From: Ruminococcus sp. UBA7014
GTDB lineage: Bacteria; Bacillota; Clostridia; Oscillospirales; Ruminococcaceae
Reading direction: 5' to 3'
NCBI GenBank assembly: GCA_002449575.1
Contig: DJXC01000029.1
Span: 1 to 43,980 of the forward strand
DNA length: 43,980 nucleotides
Both the position numbers and the translations under genes were made by a program. The notes under the pieces are model-generated. The model was not told the origin of the DNA, did not search any database, and was given only the letters and a program-made list of their open reading frames with translations. Shown piece after piece: positions 36,811 to 43,980 of the stretch (its first letter is position 1; each line of letters starts with the position of its first letter).

Positions 36811-36813
36811 TGC

Positions 36814-36846
36814 AAAAAAGCGGAGACTGCCTGTCTCCGCTTTTCC
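36814..36846. terminator. Bidirectional terminator between bofA and rplL
   Basis: GCGGAGAC / GTCTCCGC stem flanked by A6 on one side and a T-rich run on the other. Confidence 0.75.
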
Positions 36847-36863
36847 TTTGCATATGGAAAATC

Positions 36864-37232
36864 TTACTTGATTTCGATTGTTGCGCCTGCTTCTTCGAGT
36901 TTAGCCTTGAGTTCTTCAGCTTCTGCCTTGGAAACGCCTTCCTTGAGAGCCTTCGGTGCGCTTTCTACAACTTCCTTAGCTTCTTTCAGACCGAGACCAA
37001 GAACATCCTTAACAGCCTTGATAACGCCCATCTTCTTGTCGCCAAAGGAAGCGAGGATTACGTCAAATTCAGTCTTTTCTTCAGCTGCTGCTACGCTGCT
37101 TGCTGTGGGAGCTGCTGCAATAGTTGCTGTTACGCCGAATTCTTCCTGAATAGCTTCTACCAGTTCTGCGAGTTCCAGAACGGAGAGAGCTTTAATATCT
37201 TCAATAAATTTCTGTGTCTTTTCAGATGCCAT
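36864..37232 (-). CDS. rplL: 50S ribosomal protein L7/L12
   Basis: Typical sequence: ...[15 protein letters not shown]...EEKTEFDV.L...G..K..VIK.V....GLGLKEAK..V...P..LKEGVSK.EAE..K..LE.AGA...IK. Confidence 0.95.
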   Translation of the reverse strand: MASEKTQKFIEDIKALSVLELAELVEAIQEEFGVTATIAAAPTASSVAAAEEKTEFDVILASFGDKKMGVIKAVKDVLGLGLKEAKEVVESAPKALKEGVSKAEAEELKAKLEEAGATIEIK

Positions 37233-37296
37233 GATAAAAAACTCCTTTTCAATAATTTTAAAATAAATTTAATTTGTGATTGCTATGCTGCAAATT

Positions 37297-37800
37297 TTAT
37301 GCAGCTTCGCCATTTTTGTCCACAACAGCCTGCAACAGAGCAGCCAGTTTCTGGATAGGACCTTGAAGAGAGCCGACCAGCTGTGCCAGCAGAACATCCT
37401 TGGACGGAATCTTGGACAGAGCCATGACTTTTGCTTCATCATAGAATTCACCGTCTACAGAACCAGCCTTCAGCTTGAAAGTTTCGTTCTTTTCAGCAAA
37501 TTCACCCAGAATACGTGCCGGAGCAGTCTGGTCATCAGCAGAAACTGCAATTGCAGTTGTACCATTAAGAACATCATCAAAATCAGTCACACCATTAGCA
37601 TTGAATGCTCTTTTCAGGAGTGTGTTCTTTTCAACGAAATACTTAACATTTGCTTCTCTCAGATTTTTTCTCAGAGCAGTATCCTGTTCTACAGTAATGC
37701 CCTTATAATCAACGAGAACAACAGCATTGCTATTCTTGAGCAGTTCAGCTAATTCATTGACTCTTGCCTGTTTGGATTCGAGAACCTTTGCACTTGGCAT
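37297..37800 (-). CDS. rplJ: 50S ribosomal protein L10
   Basis: 167 aa with ...V.EL...L......V.VDY.G.TV...T.LR..LRE..V...V.KNTL..RA. Gene order is rplJ then rplL. Confidence 0.95.
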   Translation of the reverse strand: MPSAKVLESKQARVNELAELLKNSNAVVLVDYKGITVEQDTALRKNLREANVKYFVEKNTLLKRAFNANGVTDFDDVLNGTTAIAVSADDQTAPARILGEFAEKNETFKLKAGSVDGEFYDEAKVMALSKIPSKDVLLAQLVGSLQGPIQKLAALLQAVVDKNGEAA

Positions 37801-37960
37801 AGAAATTCACCTCCGCAAAAATATTGCCGCACGGGAAACAGAAAAGCTCCCCTGAAAACGCAGAGGAGCAGAAAATTCCTGATAAATTCAGATAATTGCA
37901 CTCCTCGGCTGGACTTATGAATCACTTCACCAGCTGTCTTTAGAATACGTTTATTCACGA
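37801..37960 (-). promoter_or_regulatory. Long rplJ 5-prime leader, likely L10-leader autoregulatory element
   Basis: About 160 nt of untranslated leader between a consensus promoter and rplJ. It contains the hairpin GAGGAG...CTCCTC. Firmicute rplJL operons are known to carry an L10(L12)4-binding leader. I did not verify the covariation model. Confidence 0.45.
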
Positions 37961-37967
37961 CTTTATT

Positions 37968-37996
37968 ATTATAGCATATTTCTGAAACTTTGTCAA
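37968..37996 (-). promoter_or_regulatory. Consensus sigma-A promoter for rplJL
   Basis: Minus strand TTGACA (37991-37996), 17-nt spacer, TG-extended TATAAT (37968-37973). Confidence 0.65.
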
Positions 37997-38017
37997 GTGT
38001 TTTTCAAATTTTTTTAA

Positions 38018-38743
38018 TTAATTCTTGTATAATTCTGTTCCGAAAAAGACCTGACCGAAAAATCTCCTTGTTTTTTCTTCACCCATTACTTTTTTGAAAA
38101 CATCTGTGGAGATGCCTCCTTCGTCTATAAGTCTGTCAACATATTCCTGATTGCGTTTCCATTTTTTCTGACGGGCTTTTTCCTCTGTGAAAGCAGGGGT
38201 ATTCTGTTCCATTTCAATCAATATGTCGAGGTATTCGGTAAATATCTGCATATTTTCCTCATCTGCAACGGGTTTTGTAAGCTTGGCAGTGCATACTGCA
38301 CGGACAGTATCATACCAGCCGGGATGCAAAGGCATATCTTGCAGTTCTGCATGTTTTTCATGATTGACTTTAAATTTTTCAATATAGCTGAGATATAATG
38401 CATCCTGCGTATCTACCAGATTATAAATTTCATTCATATAGCTTCTGGTTTCGGCATTATACATATAATCTGTTGTGAACAGCGGCAAGTTTTTGAAATA
38501 AGGCATTATCACAAAACTGTCCATCTGAAAAATTTCAGAATCGGCACATTTCATAGTCAGCAGATTGCCGACACTCTCAATATCATACTGTCTGATTTCA
38601 AAATGCATATTCTGAATATTCAGTTTTCTGAATTCTTCCGGAACAATACGTTCTGTTAAGTGATAATATTTTTTAAGAGTCCGGATTCCATTTTCAAGCC
38701 GTGTTTCAATTAAATTTTTATTGACTGCAAAAATAGTGCTCAT
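38018..38743 (-). CDS. Hypothetical protein with by-eye resemblance to ferredoxin-dependent bilin reductases
   Basis: 241 aa with a GAGGGAG RBS, 18 nt after the SPFH gene. See the findings for the motif-level comparison. The product assignment is tentative. Confidence 0.6.
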   Translation of the reverse strand: MSTIFAVNKNLIETRLENGIRTLKKYYHLTERIVPEEFRKLNIQNMHFEIRQYDIESVGNLLTMKCADSEIFQMDSFVIMPYFKNLPLFTTDYMYNAETRSYMNEIYNLVDTQDALYLSYIEKFKVNHEKHAELQDMPLHPGWYDTVRAVCTAKLTKPVADEENMQIFTEYLDILIEMEQNTPAFTEEKARQKKWKRNQEYVDRLIDEGGISTDVFKKVMGEEKTRRFFGQVFFGTELYKN

Positions 38744-38761
38744 GCTTTCTCCCTCTTTTCT

Positions 38762-39634
38762 TTAATTATTTTCCTCACCTGAAACTGCTGACTGCTGATT
38801 TTCCTCAACAGGGATTTCAATCATCAAACTGCTGTTGCCGCCGCTAGTCACTTTTGGCATCACGCCGTTCCACTTGTCAATTTGATTATACATCAGGACT
38901 TTATTGGAAAGCGACTCTTCAATTTTCTTGTTGGCATCTGCCTGTGCTTCAGCTTTGGCAAGAATCGCTTCGGCTTCAGCATTGGCAGCGATAACTTTCT
39001 TTTTCGCCTCGGCTTCGGCAATCACAATCTGCTGTTTCTGTTCGGTCTGGGTCTTGATGAGATTTTGTTCAGCGACCTGTTTTGCTTCAATAGCGGCATT
39101 GAATTCAGCAGAAAAGTCAAAATTCACAATATTAAACTTTTCGATATAGATGCCATAATCATTCAGTTTGGTATCCAGTTCGGTTTTAACCTCATCACCC
39201 ACGGCGGTACGCTTTGTAATCAGTTCTTCCGCAGTATATTTTGCTGTTGCCGCCTTCATGCATTCCTGCACAACTGGTGTGATTAATACTGTCTGATAAT
39301 CCGTACCCACGTTCTGATACATCTGTGCAGACATATTGGAAATCAATCTGTAATTGACGGCAATGGTACTGCTGACAGTCTGTAAATCTTTTGAGACGGC
39401 AGAAGCCGGAGCTTCATAAACTTGAATTTTATTCGAGATATTCTGCACACTCTGCACAAACGGGGCTTTAAAATGAAAGCCTTCACTTAAGACATTCTGT
39501 GAAACCTGTCCAAGTGTAACAACAACTCCTGTATGTCCTGCTGGAACAACTGTTGCTGCATTTCCGGCTAAAAACAGCACTGCAAGAATTGCAGCTACTG
39601 TCAGGGTGATAGTTTTTGTCTTATTCTTACTCAT
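38762..39634 (-). CDS. SPFH/band-7 (prohibitin-like) membrane protein
   Basis: N-terminal TM anchor, an SPFH core (VPAGHTGVV...G...V..EG.HFK.PF...V) and an Ala/Glu/Lys-rich coiled-coil tail. Confidence 0.85.
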   Translation of the reverse strand: MSKNKTKTITLTVAAILAVLFLAGNAATVVPAGHTGVVVTLGQVSQNVLSEGFHFKAPFVQSVQNISNKIQVYEAPASAVSKDLQTVSSTIAVNYRLISNMSAQMYQNVGTDYQTVLITPVVQECMKAATAKYTAEELITKRTAVGDEVKTELDTKLNDYGIYIEKFNIVNFDFSAEFNAAIEAKQVAEQNLIKTQTEQKQQIVIAEAEAKKKVIAANAEAEAILAKAEAQADANKKIEESLSNKVLMYNQIDKWNGVMPKVTSGGNSSLMIEIPVEENQQSAVSGEENN

Positions 39635-40515
39635 AAACTGCTCTCTTTCTTAGTCAGGTCAATCACAGCAGGAGAATTTCTTCTGTTACGAAGATTTTGT
39701 TCTTTCCGAAGTCTTCCGTCACGGATTAAAGCATAAACGGCATCCCGGTCACTTTCAGACAGGGCTTTCTGATAATCCTGCAAATGTCTGATTAAAATTT
39801 CCAGTTCATGCAGCAGACTTTCCTGATTTTCCATAAACAAGTCCGCCCACATGTCTTCATTCATAGTTGCAATACGGGTCATATCCTGAAAGCTGCCGCC
39901 GGAAAAGCCGCTCTCAAACTGAATTTCGGGACTCTGCACATAAGAACTTGACACCACATGCGCTAACTGTGAAGTATAAGCAATCATTCTGTCATGCATT
40001 TCCGGCGTAGTAATCACAAATTTACGGAATCCTATCTGATGTGCGAAATTCTGCACCTGTGCCAGCAAAGATTTCGGCGTTTGTCTGACAGGGGTCATAA
40101 TAAAATTCGCCCCTTGAAACAGATTTTCATCTGAAACATCAAATCCGGCTCGTTCTTTCCCTGCCATAGGGTGTGTACTCAGATAGTGAACGCCATTTGC
40201 CTCACAAAGAGCAGTCATTTCTTCCGGGAGGTTAGTTTTCACGCCTGTCACATCAAGGACAACCGTGTTTTCCTGCATGGTAGAAATATGATTTTTTACC
40301 CATTTTCTAGTCAAATCAGGGTAGAGTGAAGTAATAATCATATCAAAGCCAGAGCAGTCATCTCCGGCGATGCCGTCAATGGCATGTTCTGCAAGTGCTT
40401 TTTCAGCGACAGCTTTGGTTCTGTTCCACCCCCAGACGGCATGGTCTGTATAAGCGTGAATTGCCTTACAAAGTGAACCGCCGATTAATCCCAGTCCGGC
40501 AACGAGAATTTTCAT
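39631..40515 (-). CDS. tyrA: Prephenate dehydrogenase
   Basis: Rossmann motif KILVAGLGLIGGSL, HPMAG motif, and a helical C-domain. Both ends overlap neighbouring genes by 4 nt. Confidence 0.9.
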   Translation of the reverse strand: MKILVAGLGLIGGSLCKAIHAYTDHAVWGWNRTKAVAEKALAEHAIDGIAGDDCSGFDMIITSLYPDLTRKWVKNHISTMQENTVVLDVTGVKTNLPEEMTALCEANGVHYLSTHPMAGKERAGFDVSDENLFQGANFIMTPVRQTPKSLLAQVQNFAHQIGFRKFVITTPEMHDRMIAYTSQLAHVVSSSYVQSPEIQFESGFSGGSFQDMTRIATMNEDMWADLFMENQESLLHELEILIRHLQDYQKALSESDRDAVYALIRDGRLRKEQNLRNRRNSPAVIDLTKKESSL

Positions 40516-41753
40516 AATTCCAACTCCTTTTTAGAGATAATTCCAGATGATTTCTTTTTTCTGCGAGAAACTTTTACTTTTTTTCTGTTTTTTGGTTTTT
40601 CCTGATGCGGAACAGCTTCCAGTGCAGCAGTCGGAACAAAATCCAGATTTAAATTTTCTTCCTGTGGCTGTTCTTTTTCGAGCAGGACTTCCGTCACCTT
40701 TTCCGGTGGTTTGTAGACACGAGGTACAGGAACTGGGGGTTCTTCTTTTATATCAGGAACTTCTTCTTTCAGTTCTTCTGTATCGTGAGTGAAAACCTTT
40801 TCCCAGAAAGCAGAGATTTTTCCGGAAACTTTTTTCTTATGGGACACTTCCGGTTCTGTCACTTCTGGTACTGCCTCCGGCTTTTTCTTTTTCTTTTTCT
40901 TTTTTTTCTTCTTTTTTGGGGCAGCCGGAAGTTCTGCACCGAGTTCTTCGGAAATTTGCATCAGTCCGGTATCATCTCCGGAAGTCTGCGGAATTTCCGG
41001 AAGTTCAGAAAGTTCCGGAACACCGGGAGTTTCTGTTTCCTGTAGAAATTTCAGTTGTTCAGAATTCTGTGTTTCAGAATTTTCAGAAAATTCTGAAAGA
41101 GCATCTTCCCATGCCGGAATCATTTCTTCTGGTGGGGGCGATTCCGGAGGAAGTTCCGTTTTTTTCTGTGCCTGTAATTCCATCTGCTTTTTAATTTCAG
41201 CAGCATGCCGGCGGATTTTTTCACGCCGAATCTGTTCCGGCGTTTTTGGGGGTGTTGCTGCAAGAACTGCTTCTAATTTTTCCTGTTTCAGGCGGTCAGC
41301 AACGCTGGTATCTCTGGGAATATCCGGTGGTAGTTCTTCTTTGATTTCAACATGAAAATTCTTTTTCGGCTTGGAAGTTTCCGGAGCAGCTTTTACTTTT
41401 TTATGCTTCTTTTTGGAAGATTTATTTTCTGCTTTCCGGGTGGGTTTTCGTTCAGTATCAGGTTTAGGAAGCGCACCTTCCAGAAGTCTGTCATGCATTC
41501 TGACAGCAGGATTCTGAGATGGTGTTTCTGAAAAATGGCTGACAGGGTCAGGGGTTATTACAGGCGGACGTTTCCGGGTTGGCGGCTTGTCATAGACGGG
41601 CTTCGGAGACTCCGGCTGTTGTTCACGGTTTAAGCTATCTGCAATTTCGTTGACTTTCTTCCGGGATGCTTCACTGACATTGACTTTTGGTTCTGGCAGA
41701 TGTTCAGCATCATCTACTAAATTATGCAATAAATCACGAAGTTCACGTTTCAT
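40512..41753 (-). CDS. Lys/Glu/Pro-rich low-complexity protein, function unknown
   Basis: 413 aa uninterrupted ORF with no hydrophobic segment. It contains a run of 12 Lys and several basic clusters. Its stop overlaps the tyrA start (ATGA). The RBS is weak. Confidence 0.6.
   Translation of the reverse strand: MKRELRDLLHNLVDDAEHLPEPKVNVSEASRKKVNEIADSLNREQQPESPKPVYDKPPTRKRPPVITPDPVSHFSETPSQNPAVRMHDRLLEGALPKPDTERKPTRKAENKSSKKKHKKVKAAPETSKPKKNFHVEIKEELPPDIPRDTSVADRLKQEKLEAVLAATPPKTPEQIRREKIRRHAAEIKKQMELQAQKKTELPPESPPPEEMIPAWEDALSEFSENSETQNSEQLKFLQETETPGVPELSELPEIPQTSGDDTGLMQISEELGAELPAAPKKKKKKKKKKKKPEAVPEVTEPEVSHKKKVSGKISAFWEKVFTHDTEELKEEVPDIKEEPPVPVPRVYKPPEKVTEVLLEKEQPQEENLNLDFVPTAALEAVPHQEKPKNRKKVKVSRRKKKSSGIISKKELEL
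40881..40916 (-). repeat. A-rich homopurine tract encoding 12 consecutive lysines
   Basis: The plus strand reads (CTT/TTT)x12. The coding strand reads AAA AAG AAG AAA AAA AAG AAA AAG AAA AAG AAA AAG, including an A8 run (complement of 40900-40907). Confidence 0.9.
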
Positions 41754-41759
41754 AATGCT

Positions 41760-43010
41760 TTAACCCCGGACTTGTCCGTTCCCGGTGATTCTGTACTGCA
41801 TTGTTGTCAGAGCCAGCAGTCCCATAGGTCCTCTTGCATGGAGTTTCTGTGTAGAAATACCGATTTCTGCACCAAATCCGAATTCTTCGCCGTCAGTAAA
41901 TCTAGTTGAGGCATTTACATAAACAGCAGCAGAATTTACATGATTCAGGAAATATTCTGCATGATTCATATTCTGTGTGACAATCGCTTCTGAATGATTT
42001 GTACTGTATTTCTGAATATGTGCAACAGCTTCCTCTACAGAGTCCACCACCCGGACAGCAATTTCATAATTCCCATATTCTTTAAAATAATCTTCTTCTG
42101 TAACGGGAATCACACAGTCACCGAGAATTTTCTGCGTTGTTTCACAGCCGTGAATGATGACTTTATGTGTATCAAATGCTTTCTTGATTTCCGGCAGAAT
42201 GCTTTTTGCAATTTCTTTATGCACGAGAAGGGTTTCAATCGCATTGCAGACAGACGGTCTCTGGGTTTTGGCGTTATCTGCAATGCTGACAGCCATTTCC
42301 GGCAGAGCAGAATCATCAATATAGACATGACAATTTCCTGCACCTGTTTCAATAACCGGAACAGTTGCCTGCTTCACAACTGCCTGAATCAGTCCTGCAC
42401 CGCCTCTGGGAATCAGAACATCAAGATAGCCATTTAATCTCATCATATCAGCAGCAGTTTCACGGTCGGTCTTTTCGACAAGCTGTACCAGTTCTTCCGG
42501 CAGTCCTGTGCTTGCAAGTGCATTCTGCATCACTTTCACCAGACAAAGATTAGAATTGATAGCTTCTTTACCGCCTCTCAGAATTACGGCATTTCCTGCT
42601 TTCAGGCAGAGTACAGCAGCATCTACTGTCACATTCGGACGGGATTCAAAAATAATGCCGATAACGCCCATAGGCACACGCACCTGACGGATTCGCAGAC
42701 CATTCGGACGAAGCCAGCCTTTGATTTCCTCACCGACAGGGTCATCCAGTGCGACTACTTTCAGTACAGCGTTTGCAATTGCCTGAATGCGTTCTGCTGT
42801 CAGTTTCAGTCTGTCCTGCATCGCCGGAGTCATATTGTTTCTGACAGCATTCTCCATATCTTTTTGATTGGCTTCCAGAATGCTTTCTGTATTCTGCCTC
42901 AAAGCTTCTGCAATTGCCGTCAGTGCCTGATTTTTCAGAACAGTTCCGGCAGAAGCAGCAGCATAGCTTGCCTGTTTTGCCTTCTGTCCTAATTCTTCCA
43001 TGTAATTCAT
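41760..43010 (-). CDS. proA: Glutamate-5-semialdehyde dehydrogenase
   Basis: 416 aa aldehyde dehydrogenase fold, with IFESRPN, the catalytic Cys in PSVCNAIETLLVH, and a C-terminal ...GNGQVRG. Confidence 0.95.
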   Translation of the reverse strand: MNYMEELGQKAKQASYAAASAGTVLKNQALTAIAEALRQNTESILEANQKDMENAVRNNMTPAMQDRLKLTAERIQAIANAVLKVVALDDPVGEEIKGWLRPNGLRIRQVRVPMGVIGIIFESRPNVTVDAAVLCLKAGNAVILRGGKEAINSNLCLVKVMQNALASTGLPEELVQLVEKTDRETAADMMRLNGYLDVLIPRGGAGLIQAVVKQATVPVIETGAGNCHVYIDDSALPEMAVSIADNAKTQRPSVCNAIETLLVHKEIAKSILPEIKKAFDTHKVIIHGCETTQKILGDCVIPVTEEDYFKEYGNYEIAVRVVDSVEEAVAHIQKYSTNHSEAIVTQNMNHAEYFLNHVNSAAVYVNASTRFTDGEEFGFGAEIGISTQKLHARGPMGLLALTTMQYRITGNGQVRG

Positions 43011-43036
43011 AAAAATTTCCCCTCTCTTGTTATCAG

Positions 43037-43831
43037 CTATTTTACAGCCGGAAAATATGTGCCGATTTCTTCACCATCGAATAATTTATATAAATCTTCG
43101 GGATTTCTGCCGTTCATGATAATCATATCCACTCCGGCAGCCGTTGCGATTTTCGCAGCATTGATTTTCGTTGCCATACCGCCAGACCCCAGCTTGCTGC
43201 CTGCACCGCCGGCGATTTTTTCGATATGTTCGTCAATTTTTTCCACGACAGAAATAATTTCTGCATCTTCATTCTGGTGTGGGTCTTCGGAATAGAGACC
43301 GTCAATATCTGACAGGATAATCAATGCTTCTGCGCCGGCGATAGAAGCCACTACCGCAGACAGTGAATCATTTTCACCGATTTCGAGTTCCAGTTCGTCA
43401 ATAGCGACTGTATCATTTTCATTCACAATAGGAATCACGCCCATTGCTGTGAGAGAATCAATCGCATTGCGGACATTGTTCACTCTGTCCGGAGTGCTGA
43501 TAATCGTTTTTGTCAATAAAATCTGTGCAACAGTAATACTATATCTGGAAAACATTTCGTCATAGATATGCATTAATTCGCACTGTCCGACAGCAGCAGC
43601 AGCCTGTTTTGTCGGTGTATCTTTCGGACGTTCTTTCAGATTAAGCTTACCGACTCCCAGACCAACTGCACCTGATGAAACCAGAATCATTTCATGTCCG
43701 GCATTCTGCAAATCTGCCAGCACTCTGGTAAGATTTGTCATCCGGCGAATGTTGAGCTTCCCGGTTTTATGCGCCAGTGTAGAAGTTCCCAGCTTAATTA
43801 CAATTCTTTTCTTATTTCTCAAATCTATCAT
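43037..43831 (-). CDS. proB: Glutamate 5-kinase (short form without PUA domain)
   Basis: IVIKLGTS.L, VSSGAV..G, NENDTV, and GSGGM.TK motifs. 264 aa. Confidence 0.95.
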   Translation of the reverse strand: MIDLRNKKRIVIKLGTSTLAHKTGKLNIRRMTNLTRVLADLQNAGHEMILVSSGAVGLGVGKLNLKERPKDTPTKQAAAAVGQCELMHIYDEMFSRYSITVAQILLTKTIISTPDRVNNVRNAIDSLTAMGVIPIVNENDTVAIDELELEIGENDSLSAVVASIAGAEALIILSDIDGLYSEDPHQNEDAEIISVVEKIDEHIEKIAGGAGSKLGSGGMATKINAAKIATAAGVDMIIMNGRNPEDLYKLFDGEEIGTYFPAVK

Positions 43832-43851
43832 AAAACAAATCCTGCTTTCTG

Positions 43852-43980
43852 TTAATTTACCTGATTTATGGGCATTCCGGAAAGATACGCTTTCAAATTA
43901 TCTGAAACTATCTGTAATAATCTTTCTCTTGTCTCGACTGCTGACCATGCAATATGCGGTGTAATCAGGCAGTTTTTCGC
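43852..43980 (-). CDS. C-terminal fragment of a D-isomer-specific 2-hydroxyacid dehydrogenase (gene continues beyond the window)
   Basis: My own translation of the reverse strand gives AKNCLITPHIAWSAVETRERLLQIVSDNLKAYLSGMPINQVN-stop. The ITPHIAW...R motif is characteristic of this family. Confidence 0.7.
   Translation of the reverse strand, partial: AKNCLITPHIAWSAVETRERLLQIVSDNLKAYLSGMPINQVN

Noticed and set aside
36810-37358. 182-aa Cys-rich plus-strand ORF
   Set aside because: It is antisense to rplL and the rplJ-rplL spacer. The Cys/Phe-rich composition is produced by the reverse complement of Ala/Glu/Lys codons.
40881-40916. Periodic T/C-rich tract as a possible non-coding repeat or CRISPR-like element
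   Set aside because: It is in frame within a long ORF and simply encodes 12 lysines. There is no spacer-repeat architecture anywhere in the window.
40785-41355. Plus-strand ORFs of 86 and 188 aa containing poly-Phe
   Set aside because: They are mirror images of the low-complexity K/E/P-rich gene on the minus strand. The poly-F run is the complement of the poly-K tract.

Overview
This 44 kb window looks like chromosomal DNA from a low-GC, Gram-positive anaerobe, probably a Clostridia-type spore-former (spoVG, bofA, an mreBCD-PBP2-minD cluster, a CIRCE operator). All homology calls come from reading motifs in the supplied translations; no database search was run. Most of the window is housekeeping and is packed mainly on the minus strand. 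Genes recognised: nadA, mnmA, aroC, cysE, aspS, hisS, mgsA, minD, mrdA, mreD/C/B, dut, a U32 peptidase, zapA, murC, spoVG, a Nudix hydrolase, a YfhO-family membrane protein, rplL, rplJ, tyrA, proA and proB. Coordinates ~4.2-12.4 kb look accessory. They hold two paralogous signal-less BspA-type LRR proteins, a patatin-like phospholipase and a small phage-derived patch (Lar, a small ORF, a GH25 lysozyme) next to tRNA-Ser and tRNA-Leu. The strongest candidate for an undescribed system is a tightly coupled three-gene operon at 8585-12406. It encodes a VWA/MIDAS protein with a degenerate metallopeptidase-like N-domain, an LRR protein and a MoxR/AAA_5-type ATPase. Other items worth a second look: a 241-aa protein that resembles ferredoxin-dependent bilin reductases by eye; a LexA-like protein lacking all autocleavage elements, embedded in a murC-zapA operon; a 413-aa K/E/P-rich protein with a 12-lysine run encoded by an A-rich slippery tract; a CIRCE operator on hsp20; an FtsX permease with a YhgE/Pip-like repeat insert; and strong window-wide over-representation of TCCGGA/CCGG-containing words. 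No CRISPR array, transposase, integrase or rRNA gene was seen.
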